Shown: in pieces, positions 49,009-62,583 of the stretch
How positions within the stretch are numbered: position 1 is the first letter of the stretch
Layout: the number at the start of each line of letters is the position of its first letter
Origin: Zygnema circumcarinatum SAG 698-1b
Lineage: Eukaryota; Plantae; Zygnematophyceae
Assembly: GCA_037447605.1 (NCBI GenBank)
Contig: CM074806.1
Coordinates: 1,054,001 to 1,118,000 of the forward strand
Length of the DNA stretch: 64,000 nucleotides
Direction of reading: 5' to 3'
Translations under genes and position numbers: made by a program
The notes under the pieces: generated by a model
The model's database searches: none
What the model was told of the DNA's origin: nothing
Seen by the model: the letters and a program-made list of their open reading frames with translations, nothing else

Positions 49009-49745
49009 GGCCTACTCTTGAAACACCAACACCCTTCTTGAAAGTAGAGTGTAAACAGTGAGCCACCTAACCTTACCCTCGCCACCTACACTTACTCGAC
49101 CTCATGAAAAAAAAAGAGCGCCGAGCTCAGAATAGTCCTGGACCCTCCCTTACAACAACATAACATGAACCCCAACCAATTTGAAACAGCATGCCCTCCC
49201 TCCTCAGAGTCCGACAGCAGCAGTCCCAGCCGACCCCCTCAGCCAGCTGTCACACAATTAACGGCGCAGCTCTTACGCCTTGAAAACCGCAGCCAAAAGG
49301 TCGGCCGGGCCTCAGCCGCCATGGACCACAGCTCCCGCCTTGGGAGAGAACGCCGCCATGACGTCTGCAACCTCCAGTGGGAGCGCGAGGGAGAGAGAGT
49401 GAGAGGGAGGGAGGGAGGAAGCTGCTCCCCCACCAAGTCCACCACTCCCAGCGGTTGTACGGCGCGGTTGGTGTCTTTAGCACCGTACGACCGATTATGT
49501 ACGATAGCGTACGCATTCACGCTGTACGGTAAGTAGGATGGCCCGCGTTATAAATTCCGAATAAAATATATATTTTACAACGGGTTTAAAAGTAGTAATA
49601 TATTGCAAAGTAAAACACTTTATTACATATATTATAACCACTCTTTTTGAACAATTAACGACCGTACGACCGTACTCGTACGGTCGTACGGTCGTACCAT
49701 ACCAAAATTAGGTCGTTTTGGCGTTGTCGTTGCGAAATGCGTCCG

Positions 49746-50688
49746 TCTGGTTCTTCAAATAGGGGAGATCCCCTAAATATCGTAAATAGCTTATTTATGT
49801 AAGATTTTGAGATTAGTTTACGTGATTTCAACTTAAATACCACACAAGCCCCAAAAAAGCATTTTTTTGGTTAAAAACAAAAAGGAAATGAATTGCATTT
49901 GCAACCACGATAGCAATGATGTATATGAACTTTACTTGTTGGTATAACAACATGGCTTTAGAAACTGGTGCAACCTTTTCGACTCTTATAGATTGGTAAA
50001 TATTACCAATCAATTAGAACAACTGTGCATTTGGCAATCACAACATATAGTTGCTTATTCAAAAACCCAATTGCACGGAAACTTTGTAGATCCAATCCTA
50101 AGCTCTCTATTTCCTTTTCCATCCATCATTAATTACTCCAAGTATCACTTTAGAATCCATTATAGTCTTGAAATTTCCTCACAAAAACTCTATTCCAAAT
50201 CATAACCTTTGAAATTCTAGGTGTAGTCACAAAAGAAAAACTGAAATAGGAACTAAAATTAGAAATGAAATGAAAAATGGTCTCACTCCCTTAGGAGTTT
50301 TAGGCTGAACAAGACAGCTATAGAAGTGATGCAAACTACTCGAGACCCTCGAAGAACGGTCAAACTATCAAACTGTTTGCAGTGAAGAATGCCTTCCAAT
50401 GAAAAGTCTGTCAACCTCTTTCGAAACTGTCTTTCTCCCATCCAATTACTGAAAAATCAGACTCGACGGTAGCAGTGTTGGGAAATGATGAACGTCCGTA
50501 CGTGCACGGTTTCGTCCGTACAGTCCATATTTACGTGTTTTTACAAAACCAAGTTAGGGGACAGTCCCCTATCTTAAGCCGAAATCCCCTATTAGGGGGT
50601 CTCAGACTTAAACAAAACTTGGTAATCGTACAGCTTGGTAATTGGTAATCGTTTTTTAAGTCTGAGACCCCCTATTTGAAGAGCCTTG
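49746..50688. mobile_element. Nested non-autonomous element bounded by TCTTCAAATAGGGG inverted repeats
   Basis: tcttcaaatagggg at 49752 and its reverse complement at ~50669-50682. The left end is homologous to the DNA flanking the MULE at 25130 and 33680. Confidence 0.5.
50595..50672. mobile_element. 78-bp mini-MITE, TA-flanked
   Basis: GGGGGTCTCAGACTTAAA ... TTTAAGTCTGAGACCCCC with TA on both sides. Confidence 0.65.
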
Positions 50689-51113
50689 CTGCTCGTGCAT
50701 CCGTACCGCATAATACCGTACAGTCGTTCAACCGTACGACCGTACGACCGTACATGTTGTAAAGGCGTTGTAAATTAATATATATCAGCCGTTATCTAGT
50801 CGTCACAATTGTAATAATATAATATATATTATATAGTCGTAACTAATCCATCCCTAACGGTAAGGCACAGATGTACGGATATCTGAGAGGATTGGTTGGA
50901 ACCCACGGTTGGCTTTTTGGGCAAAAAAGGCGAAGGCTTCGCCCGAAGCCAGCCTAGATGGTATCGCAAGTGCGAGAGAGGGCCACGACTGGCCAATCCA
51001 CAATGCGTTCACACGAGAACGAGGCGGCGTCGTTGTGTGCGTCGGCAGGGAGGCCTTGGGATGGGCGGTTAGCCGCGCCAGCTGGCGAGCGGGCGGCTAT
51101 GGCCATGGCGCGC

Positions 51114-51245
51114 GGGAGGGAAGGGGAGGGGAGGGAGCCCTGAAGGGAGGGAGAGAGAGGGAGAGAGGGAGGGAGGAGGGGAGGGAGGGAGGGAGGGAGG
51201 GAGGGAGGGAGGGAGGGAGGGAGGAGGGGAGGGAGGGAGGGAGGC
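51114..51245 (+). repeat. (GGGA)n polypurine tract in the 5' leader, G-quadruplex-prone
   Basis: Long gggagggagggagga run upstream of the ATG at 51298. Confidence 0.85.
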
Positions 51246-51297
51246 TTGCAAGGCAGGGCGGGGCGGGAGCGCTGGTGGAGGCGGAGAGGAGAGGGCG

Positions 51298-54200
51298 ATG
51301 GCGATGGGGCAGCGGCCATGGAGGACGCGGCTGTGGAGTGTCGTGGCTGTGCTCGCACTCAGTGGGCTGCAAGCGGACGCAGGACATTCATGTACGCTCA
51401 TTTGTGCTTTGTTACGCCGTATGGTTCGGTTGAAGGCTCCTGCCACCGCGCTGCAGACAGAAGTTGAACTGGGCCCGGCATGCGGCATGGAATGGATTCC
51501 CCACAAAGTGTGGCTTAGTCCACATTCCGTTTGATGTTGGATTGCGCGTAAATCGATCTTACTGCATGTGATGTTCTCTTTGAGGATAGGGCGAAAAGGC
51601 ATCCTATTGCTCAGCAAAGTAACGCCCGGATTTCACCATTTGACATTGTGTGAGCGCTGCCTCTGGCATGGCATAAAATACAATTGGACATGACTTCCAG
51701 GCATCTTGGGAAAGGGGTCTTTACAGTGTGACACAGACATTTTTCTTTTGTGCCGTAGGACTACGAACAAGTATGGTGCTCTTGGATGATTTTTTTGTTT
51801 ATTGGATCAGAAGCCAGTTCAGCTGTCGAGAAAGAGTAGGCTAGTCCATACTGATTATGGAATTTAGGTTTGTCCACTTCCTTCAGTTTGAATGTTGCAG
51901 TTCAACATTGCTTTGAAGTGAACACCTCGCTTCGACTCCAAATGATTCAACTGGTTGTATAGTGTTGACATCTAAGTAGGGATGGCCCGGTTTTAAAAGT
52001 GGGCAATTAACAATTATTAACAAACGTGTTTTAGAGTTTTCAAACACTTTTAAAACGGGCGTACGACCGTTTGAAAATATGTTTTATAAAACGGCCAAAT
52101 CTTTAAACCTTAAAGTTTGAATTTTAAAGTCGAGGCTGTGTTAAAATAGCCATCCCTACACCTAAGTAGGGTTCAAGTTAGGTGTGAAATCAAACCAGAG
52201 CATGAACATTGGTCACGAACTTACGCTTCAGAAAGAAACTAAATAGACTAGGTTGTCTAGGGGAGTCTTCCACTTGCATCTTCACTAAGACGAATCTTGA
52301 GGGCTATAACTGGAATGAATCGTACCCATTTTTTGTGAACCAATGCAATGTGGAGTAGCTAAACCTTCTCCAAAGTAAAGCAAATTGCCTACACAGCAGT
52401 TGTAGTTGAACTAAAGCTATCTCTGGCACTCTTGTGAAGCAAGGGAAGATTAACTAATCGTGGACTTCCATTTGACTGCCTTTGTGACTGCTCCCAGTAA
52501 ATTTTCATGGTTTTTTTTCAACCTTAAAATGCATTGTTCTGTTTGCCCCCAGGTAATGTGACAGCTTTGTATTGACCTGTGTGTGTTGTCATTCCCTTTC
52601 TCATGCTTTGGATTTCTAATGTGAGCATGATTGGCTGTACGATCCCTCCCGTAGTTGACCTATCATCTGGTCACGTTCTGAGCCCGGAAGAATTGGAGAA
52701 TGATGTCTTGGCTGAATCATAATTGGTCACTCCATAACGAGTCTTTCCTATCACATTGTCTTCTGCTTTCATTTCAGCCTATCGCAGTAGTCCACATTCT
52801 TCTAATTAATAAAGATGAAGTCGATCTGTCGATGAACCAGATGGTCGGCAGTAAGCACTTTTTCGCAAGCTGCTCCTCTTGTGTGAGCTTGAATTTTGAG
52901 TAGGCCTTACAACTTGCACGTAGCTGTTTAGCGAACACAGGCATATATGCCAGTGCCTTACTCAGGCTTCTTTGTTGCCGCTACCCTGTAATTTACAGAT
53001 TCCAAGCATATACCAGTGAACCCTGCTTTAGATGCTTGGGAGTTTATCACAACCTGGGACCTACCTCTGCCTTACCTTGGCAATACTGTGACAGCTGCAA
53101 CCATTATGATGAATGCCTCCCTTGTCACGCAATATGAGGAACGAGAAGACCGTGACAATATCGTGGTGGACATTCTCGGACAAGGTCCTATTCCATGGTC
53201 CATATCTCGTTTCAATCGTGGAGATCTTTCACCTCGCATACAGCCAAGGTTTGTAGTCAGCTCAGATTTGGATATAAAGTGGTGTTTTCAAAGCTGTATT
53301 GCAAAGAAAGCACCTCAGTGCGTGACAGTTGGTTGCTCAGTTGGGGAAAATCAGCAAATGTCCTACAATACAGAAAAAGGCTCTGGTGGTTAAGAGCATC
53401 AGCGAACATGAGTACTTTTGGTTCGCATGCGAAGTAAAAGGGAAAACGTGCTTAGTTGTAGTGAATGGAGTAGGGTGTTTTCCATTCACTCACTGGAATC
53501 AAACAAATCTTACGCAGTCAACATCTTCGCGTAATATGGGTGGAGGGCTGAAACTGTTTTCAGGCATCCATACGCCCAAAGGAATCTGGGTGTGCCTGCA
53601 GACGGGCATGTGGGGTTCTATGCTTCTGGTGCAATGGACTTCTCAGCGCAGGTAACCACATACTGCAAGCTATATTGTGCTATTCAATGTGGTGTAGTTT
53701 GCTGCATTTGTTCTTTCTAGGAAGTTACGTCTGCCAGGTGACGATGATTTACTTGAAGTGTATTGGGCCAGGCATGGAGACCGGATCCATTGGCAGGGGT
53801 GCTCCTTGCATCCGTTGCGCAGAATGGCCAACAGTGGAATGACACGAGTCCACGGTTCTATGGCACTGTGGTACGTTTTTCGCATCCGTTGGTTTGTGTT
53901 GGGTCCTTTGGTCTCGTTTCAAATGTGTGAGCTAGTTTACATCAGAAGCCAGTGCATAGTTTTTGTACATGCAGCTCCAACTCTTGCCACTTCTGTGAAA
54001 ACTCGACACACGTAACCGACACAATATGTCCAAAAGTTGATGGTTTCGCTGGTAACTGTTTGTCGTTCAGCTCACTCCAAAGAATGACTCCACAAACCGA
54101 TTGTTCTCATCTGGTGGTTAAGTTGACTGTGGATATGGAAGTACCCTAGTTTAGATCCATTCTCTGGCTACATAGTCCCCAAAACTTACTCTGTCATTGT

Positions 54201-57200
54201 TGCGTTGGTTGCCGAGGAGGGCAGCTGTTCCTTGGTCTAAAGCTGATAGTACATTATTCTCAGGCTTGAGCTAATAAGGCGATGTTGTTAGTGAATTCAA
54301 TGGTGGTCTTTTTCTCGAAAGTGTACCTTCCACTGGACACTACAATTAATAAGGAATGGCATTTCTTTTTTAAGGTCATGTTGGGCCAGCTTACGGCTAT
54401 AATGTATTTTATTCAGCTGCATATGACAGTGCCCTTTAGGAATTGCTCGCAGTTAACTACTTGAACCGAAGGAATGAGCATGTATGTTTCTAAACTTATG
54501 TCATAGTCTGACCAAGTGGAATTCATTCCAACAGAACGGGGAAGGTACAACTTTTTGTCCAAGAGCCCTTATCGAACCGATTTTTCACCTTTTCTGCATA
54601 GGGGAATGTTTCTGCAGGCATGCGTGACCAATTCCGAGGGATTTGGGTACAGGTATGCTTTCCTTTTATCACTCTTTCTGCTGCGCTGAAAAAAGTGAAA
54701 CTTTGCGTGCTTGGCTGCTGGTAGCATCCATAGATCCATTTTCGCGTGTCAGTCAGCTGAGCTGGGAATGAAGCTAATTCGACAGTCTTGAATGGGATCT
54801 GCCTTTGCTGCAGCATGACAACAGGAACGTTTGGGCATGATGATCCGAACCTTGATGGTAAAGCTAAACATTCAGCGCCATAGTCCAACCACTGAGTTTT
54901 TGCTGCCCCTTTTAGGTGTCTTTTAATTGCTGATTTGCAAGGAAATATGCAGAAACCCTGTGTACGGCGTGGAATCTGTTCAGTACTTACCTCGCTCGTG
55001 TATTAGTTTGCTCTGCATGCCGCCACTCGATTGTTCCCTATCCACTCACAACACACTCATGGGTGCATTGCATTTGGTGGCGAACTGTGAGCAGTTTCTG
55101 TAGGAAAGGCAGGGCAGGCGGGGGAAGCCAACATTGACGTGGCTATAGCATGGTTTCCATACGACCAAGGTGGGTTCACTGCAAGCCTTCTTCATTGCCT
55201 ATCTTTGATTCTCTAAGCTGATTAGATTGCTAATATTTAACGACGCAGAACCTTTCAAAACTCAACCACTGATCAGTTTGTAAGTACAAGTTTCACACTA
55301 GTCTTGCAGCTTAAGGGAGATAGGGAGTGGGGGGGCAGGCTGGATAGCAGGATACCTCGATCAACCTCAGCGGGACATTTATTCTCCTCCGCAATGGCAG
55401 TTCATTGGATCCCATTCTTCCTTGCTTCCCGAGAATGCAGGGGATGTTGTGAAATGGGGAGAGCATGGAGCATCCCTCAAGCTTCCTGGGATAGACCCAT
55501 CTAAGGATGGAATGCTATTCACCACATCGTGAGACAAAGTTATCTTTAAGCCCTCGGTTGTGAAAGAGCAGATGAAATTGTTTGTTCCCAGCTAACAGAA
55601 GCATAGGAACGATCGGCTTAAACGATGGAAGTGTTGGGGCACGGGAGCAGGACTGATCCAAGCAAGGAGAACAATAATGTCAACACAGTTGCGATATATA
55701 CAAAGAGAAGGCAAGGAAAGCATGGTCTTTTGGGATCCCTATCTGGCTGGCGACATGTGTGCTTTGGAATTTTTGCCTGATTTTAGTATGTGACGTGTGA
55801 GTGCAGGGCGAAGGAATGGCGGGTTCAACAGCGAGAAGATAGCACTGACGATCCGACGCAGTTGGTGAAACCTACTCAGATGATGTTCGCGTTTGTTTTT
55901 GTGCCATGGACGGCGGGAGGGTGAGGTCCCATTAATCGACTCATAAACCACATTGCAGTTGCTGAAACACTCAAGAATTTGTTTCACTGGCAGGATGCAG
56001 TTCGACCAGTCTGAGCTAATCTCCTTATTCAGCAGGCACAACAGGGCTCAAAGAGTTTTCCTAAATCAGGGAAAGTGGGAGAGGGTGGAGAAATTTCAGG
56101 CTTATTGGCGGCAATATTGATGGCTTGTCTGGTCGTATCCTTAATGGACGTGGCCCCTTTAGAATGATACGCCGACAAGTGGGAGAGTATGAGCTAACCG
56201 TTGGTGGACCACATGAAGCAGAGTGGGGAAATGACACCAAAACAGCGCAGTAAGTGAAATTTATAAGTCGATTGAGAATCTTAAAGGCAGCATGAAAGTA
56301 CGACCACCAGCAATTTGTTTATGGACATGAACTGCCCTGAAATAGGACACGTTGGGGAGTTTTGCAGGGATGGCATGTTGCTGTTGCAGGTGATTATCAA
56401 GCATCTTTTGCGAACATGAACGAGCAAATTGTTGGAGCAGCATTTATTGGAGAGATGGGAAAGTTGTGACATTGCTTGTACCGAGGCTGTCCTTTCTGGA
56501 GTTGCTCATTTGGGTGCTTTTTTTTTTTTGGTTTCTCTGTGATTGTAATTCTGAACTTGAAAAGGAATATCAAAACAATCTTTCACAGAAAAAAAAAAAA
56601 TATTCCCTCGTTAGCCGCCACGCATTCATACGATAAGCTGCCGATTTCTCACAGTTGCAGACATATATATGCGCCGACACAGATGCTGTGCAGGTCTGAC
56701 TTTTGGAATCTTTACTTTACTTTAGGTGATTGGACGTGACGATGTGAACCGCAAGTATGCTCAGCATGCGTTCCTGTCGTACAACTATACGGATTCAGGC
56801 AGCATGATCATTGAAGCGCGACATTTAGTGAAGGCTGCAAATGGCAGCGAGGACTTTCCCTTAGTTGACTGCGGTAAGTTGAGGCTCCCCCCTCACCCCC
56901 CCCCACAAACACTCTCTCCTCTCTGTATTTCTTCCATTTCAATTGCCTCATCCCAATTCCCCCCTCCCTTGCTCTCTCCCCAAAACCCACTCCCTGTCCA
57001 TCTTCCCTCTTCTGCTCCCTCTTCCTCTCTCCTCTCTATCTGCGTACCGACTCCTTCCGTATTCTCTTTCCTCTTTCGTGCTGCCCTCCGTCCTCGTTTT
57101 TTTTCCATTCTCCTGCTGTGGTGGTCTCCTCGATGTGCATGATGAATTTGGTCAAGTAATTGTTTCCTTTTAGAATTCTCTTTGTTGCTTGTTTACCGTG

Positions 57201-57858
57201 ACTTTTCCAACTCTAAATTTGGCATCTTCAAATTTCGACAAATGAGCTTTGCTGCTGTATTGCAGACCTGTAGCTGTCGGTTAGAAGAAATGACTCGGGC
57301 TATGTATTGGGAGCAGATTTTTCCTTCGTTTGGGTGGACTTCAAGCACCCCTTGACGCCGGATATGAGCTCGTTCTCAGGTACGGAAAGAGAATGTGCTG
57401 TGCTCTCTGCTGCCTTCAAGAAGAAACGAAAGAATGGGGTTTAGAGAGACCATTCTTTGTTTGCTTACAGGATCTCAAAAAGAGGTTTGGATTTTAGTGA
57501 TGCGTCAAATAGTGGACTGATGCTTTGCTTACGGGAACTGTTCCACGTGATGCTGTTGTGGTTGCTTAATCCGACACAGGGACTGCATGCATGCATGCAT
57601 GGGGATAATGCTCCCTGCGTGATGCATGATGTGGTGAGTGCAGGTTATTTTATCGGGTCATCAACTGCTTTGCATTTCTGGACTGGGTTTTTCGTCGCTT
57701 TCGCCATAATGCTGGCTGTGGGTGGTATAGCCGTGGGAATATTTATCTACATTAAGCGCCGAACAGAACAGTCCCCTTTTGCTATGTTTCATGGAGAGGG
57801 AGACGTATCCGAGCTGGGGACCGATCTGCTTCGCTCCGATTTCAAGTTCAGTGAGTAG
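51298..57858 (+). CDS. Uncharacterised type-I single-pass membrane protein; multi-exon
   Basis: Signal-peptide-like exon MAMGQRPWRTRLWSVVAVLALSGLQADA; internal AG/GT-bounded exons (e.g. ~53000-53248, ~56727-56873); last exon FWTGFFVAFAIMLAVGGIAVGIFIYIKRR (TM plus stop-transfer) and a short tail. Linking these exons into one gene is inferred. Confidence 0.6.
51977..52158. mobile_element. 182-bp hAT MITE (intronic)
   Basis: TAGGGATGGC...GCCATCCCTA TIRs; TSD CATCTAAG / CACCTAAG (7/8). Confidence 0.85.
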
Positions 57859-58860
57859 AACCAAAAACAATCCGCTCGATTCCCTCAGGCTGCCTTCTGC
57901 ATTTTAAAGGAGGAGCTGGTTACTGCGGTATGTCCCTGCATCTTCATCAAAGGAGCTTGCTACCGAAGGAGTTTTTCAGGCCCTCCTTCCCCTGAGGTGT
58001 TCAGGCTCTTTCCTTGATCAGTGACTGCATTCTCTCGCGCCTGAAGACGTGTGTAAAATACATACCCAATACCACCCATGTATTCGTCATTTTCAACTTT
58101 TGGTTCGTATAATTTGTGAGAAGTCAAGAGATGTTGGCTCTTCCTATGTCGGTGGAGTATTTGGAAGCTCAACCGTTCTATGGATCAGTAACCTAGCGTT
58201 GATCATGCATGTCTCCCTAGTTAATGTCGATAGGTGATGTAGAATGCCCTTTGAATATGTTCTAAGCTTTTGCTGGGTAAAAAAATGACCGACCGTAGAG
58301 CTTCCGTAGCATTCAGGGGTAGGAACCGATTACTGCAATTCGACCTTTCTTGACTTTGTATTATATTCACTTCACGTCTACTTTTTGTTGTTTTCATTTT
58401 TTCTTTTGGACGCTCTTCATGTTGTGAGCTTTGTCATTGGAGTCCATTGTTTTCAGCTTAATGTCATGTATTCCTGAGAAGAAAAATGAGGGACTCAGGC
58501 CGCGTCTCCGACAATACAACAAGCATAAGCGTAAGACTGTGTGAAAAGTACAAGATTCTTTTTCTGCAAACCTCAACTGAGAAAAACGGAGAAAACCTTA
58601 ACTGGCTGTAAAGGTACACAGAGCACACATAACTGACCACTATTTCTATATTCATCGATTCTACAAAAAAGAAGACGTTCTACAAGAGGAAAACTGCACG
58701 CAGACCCTAAATGGAATTTACAGCAGCTACGTTGTGTCCTTTTTTTTTTTTTTTTTTTTTTTTTCCTTTTGGAGAGAGTGGAAGTGGGGGAGGGGGGGGG
58801 GAGGGGGGGGGGGTAGGGGAGGGGGTGGCAATCTACCTCCTATGTGTAAGGGCAAAGTAA

Positions 58861-61800
58861 TTACATTGGGGGCTCTAGGAGGTGTCCCAGGAAGTTTTGG
58901 ACCGGCAGGACGAGCCTCAAGCGGGGGTCGTAGGAATCCTGGTCGCGCAGACTGTTCAGAATGGCACACGGCTCAGAGTCTCTGCAAAACCAAAACCAAA
59001 ACTTGTTCAAAACCAGAACTACGACTAATTACAACATTAGACCGGGCCAGGTGTTACAGAGGACCCCTCCCCTCCCTTCCCCGCCCCTCCCTTCCCATTC
59101 CCTCCCCTCCCCTCCCCTCCCCCTCCCTCCTGGAGGAGAGGGAGAGGGAGCAGGCGGGAGGGTGCTCACCGCGTGTGCAGAATTCGGTGGAGGCAGCGCA
59201 GGATGGGGCAGAGCTCCAAGGGGGTCACCTTCTCCCCCGTCACAGGATGGGGGATGGCCGCCGGGGCGGTGCTCAGAAGCGCATGGAACGCTGCTACGGC
59301 AGAAACTCCCTACAAGAAAGGTCCCACGAAAGAACTCGCACGCACTTTCAGAAAATCAAACTGAAAACGCTGTTTGCAGATTTACCCCAAAAGTCCCTAA
59401 AACCCTTAAAAATAAACAAACATGAAAGCGTTCAGAACTCTCCCGGAGGTTTCTTTCTTTTCAGAAATGGAGCTTGCTCACCTGAATAAGGCCCTTCCCC
59501 CGCACGTTGTCCCCCATGTCCAAAGTGATCTTCCCCGCGGCGAGCTGCTGTCCGTACCAACTGTTCCTCCCCTTGAGCAGAGTCACATACGTGTCCGCGA
59601 GGAGAGGCCCCGCCAGCTCCTCCGGCTGCGGGGCCAACAGGTGAGTGATAAATATCATCTCCGAGGTCGCGTGGGCGAAGTAGAGGGCCTTGCTTGTAGC
59701 GCTCTCTTGGGTAAGGCCCGCCACAAGGCCTGCTGCTTCAAAGCCATCGTTAGAGTGAGCCGGATTGGGCGACTACTGGCCACTGTCATGGAGAGAATGG
59801 GAAGCAGTTGAAGAGAAGGATGGAGAAGGGGAAGCAGTTGAACAGGGGCATGGAGAGAAGGGGAAGCAGTTGAACAGAGGCATGGAGAGAAGGGGAAGCA
59901 GTTGAACAGGGGCATGGAGAGAAGGGGAAGCAGTTGAACAGAGGCATGGAGAAGGGGAAGCAGTTGAACAGAAGCATGGAGAAGGGGAAGCAGTTGAACA
60001 GAAGCATGGAGAAGGGGAAGCAGTTGAACAGAAGCATGGAGAAGGGCGGAGTGAGGCTGAAGGCTATGGAAACTGGACCTGCTCCAATAGCGTATACGTT
60101 CTTGAGGCCTCCCATTACTTCATGAGTCACGAGGTCGCTGTTGTCCCACACTATGAAGTGTGGCTGCTGGAAAAACTCTGCCAGTGGTTTCCGCCACTTG
60201 GCAGATCCACAGAGTCGCGCATTCGCATATTCACGCTTGTAGATTTCCGCTGCAATGTTGGGACCTCCCAAGTAGAGAAGATTCTCGAGTGGTATTCCCG
60301 CTAGAGAGGAGGAGAAAGAGCCACTGGTAGAGATGGTCAATGAGTGAGCAATCTTAATCTTATCTTAGTTTTTAGCTTGATATTGGAATCTGAAGACTTT
60401 AGCAGAAGTCGCCACTTTGAGATGTGAAGGTGCGAGGACTTACTAGCTTGGTGGATCATAAGGGTAGGAGTCAACATATGTGGCTTTGGCCCAAGCACTG
60501 TCTCCACCCCCTTTGCCAGCGAAACCACGAGGGCGGGAGCCCTCCGTCTCTCCCTCCATGTTCTTCCTATCTGCAGAAAAACGGCTTTCGTTTCTGTTGA
60601 TGGCAAGCCATTCACCACAATGTCGGCGTCCCACACAGCCTCCTGCAGATTGGTCACCACATTCAGAGGAGATAGTGGTGTCTCCGCCATGTTCACACAG
60701 AATCCATCTCTGCAAAGACAGGAGACAAAGGCAAGAAGAAAACAAGGCACATAAACAAAGAGAGATCAAGACGAGAGGGAGTCAGATTTTCGTATTGACA
60801 GCAATAAAATCAAGGGGGCTGACTTAGGAAAGGAAGAAAGGAAAGAAGCCCACCTGAGCACCTCATCAGCATATAGTACTCTCTCCCCCAGCCTTGCCTC
60901 CACATACTTTAGGAAGGCACAGTCGTGAACAAGGCGGCGGAGAACGTCTTCGCTTCCTGTGATGATATTGAAGAGGGAGCGGGCGAAGTCCGGATCTAAA
61001 ACTCGATTTGGTCGCCGCCAAATACGCACTGTCACCTTGTCAGTCATGGAGCCATAAGCGTCCTGATAGAGCAGAAGGGAGGGGAGCGGGAGGAGGGTGN
61101 NNNNNNNNNGGGAGGGGGAGAGGGAGAGAGGGAGAGAGAGAAGGGAAGTTTGAGGACCTCCCTATAGCCTTCTCAACTTTGTCATATTCTTTTCTTTTTA
61201 GAATCTGCTTCACGAGGCTGGACATTTTGCACTTTCTAGGACTGTCACAGAATCTATGTGACTCTTGGTTAAGACCGGATGTGAAGTCCCCATCGTTTTT
61301 CAAACGAAAAGAAAGATAGATATCAGCAAGGGAAAAAAGGAATAAGGGGAAAAGGTGACGATGTTCAAGTTATTTGTAGGGCTATCAATATGCTGTCTCA
61401 AAATGTACATCAAGAAACATAGGGGACTAGACAGGGATAAAGAATAAAAGAATAGGGAGGAAGGTGCAAGAAGCACGTCATGTAGAAGGTGTTCCAGCGT
61501 TTCTGGAAAAGCTATTATTAGCTAAAAACGGGGTGCAAAAGATAATCCGAAAGAAAACTTGAATACACGTTGTCCTTAGTGATAATAGTATAGAGTCGCT
61601 AATTTTTCTAATAAAAAATCGTAACCAGTCTGTCACTCAAGTTGCTCCTTACAGACAAATTTCACTTTCTGACTTAAAAAAAAAAAAAAAAAACACATGA
61701 AGTATTCTAGCCTAATCGAACGTATTGAATATCCCAAGTCATTTGAGATTATAGGGAATGCAAAAAATTAAGAGTCCGAGTCTCCATTGACGTAAAGATA

Positions 61801-62583
61801 CGTCCAAACTCCCTTCACATTCTCTCCCTTTTCAATTCAGATTTTTACAATGAACTCTCTTCTTTATTCTCCATCAAATGGAGGGCTTCTTACTCTTTTT
61901 TTAATATTTCTTAAATGTTTCAAATATTCCTCAGGTGTTCCCTCAGCTCTAACATATTCTCGGACAATCTTTAACCATCGCTTTGACAGGTTCCGTCCTG
62001 CGCGTCCTTAAAGCTCCATTCTGAATTAAACTATGCGGCAGATTATCCTTTCTAATAGAGCCCATTCAAAACTCCAATCAACTCTAACCTCATAAGAGTG
62101 AATATCCCAATATCCTAATTTAGAGTGCCTCACCTTCCTCTCCTGCAATCCTTCCGCCTCCCAACCATTCACATTCACGCCAATGAGGCTGTAATCCCCA
62201 CCATACCTCCAATTTCTCGCTATATCTCTCATCCTCTCCCCCTTCCAAACCCTAAAAATCCCTCTCAGCAAACCAATATTCCCATTCTTGCAGTCGCCAC
62301 CATCCCAACCCGCTTTCCCCTCTACCCCACTTCCCTCTTACCCCCCCCAATTCTAAGAGATAAACATCAGATATACCTGCAACATGGCGATGAAGACGCT
62401 CCCCCACGCTCCCGCCCCAATGCCCACAATCCTCAGCGGGTCTCCATCCACCTTCCCCAGCAGTGCCCGCAGCGTGTCAAGCCGCTCCTCCGCGCTCCGC
62501 CCATGCACAGAATTCGTCGCCTTCTTCCCTCCCTCTGCAGGCGAGGGCCCGTTCCCTGTGGAGACGCCATTGGTAACAGCCAT
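58861..62583 (-). CDS. GPDHC1: Cytosolic NAD-dependent glycerol-3-phosphate dehydrogenase (GPDHc-type); multi-exon
   Basis: [22 protein letters not shown]; LKYVEARLG; [22 protein letters not shown]; [13 protein letters not shown]; [17 protein letters not shown]; [10 protein letters not shown]; last exon ...[15 protein letters not shown]...EPPM*. Confidence 0.95.
59787..60045. repeat. Intronic minisatellite, 30-32-bp unit, ~8 copies
   Basis: catggag(ag)aaggggaagcagttgaacag(a/g)(a/g)g repeated head-to-tail with no spacers. Confidence 0.95.

Larger units (their letters stand above)
49534..50856. mobile_element. Non-autonomous hAT element with perfect 8-bp TSD ACGGTAAG
   Basis: TAG(G)GATGG...CCATCCCTA termini (Ac/Ds-like). 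ACGGTAAG at 49526-49533 and 50857-50864. Subterminal (ACCGTACG)n arrays. Confidence 0.85.

Noticed and set aside
50909-51617. Pro/Ser- or Gly/Arg/Glu-rich ORFs
   Set aside because: Translations of the (GGGA)n leader tract.
59787-60045. CRISPR-like array of ~30-bp repeats
   Set aside because: Repeats are head-to-tail with no unique spacers, lie in a eukaryotic intron, and no cas genes are present.
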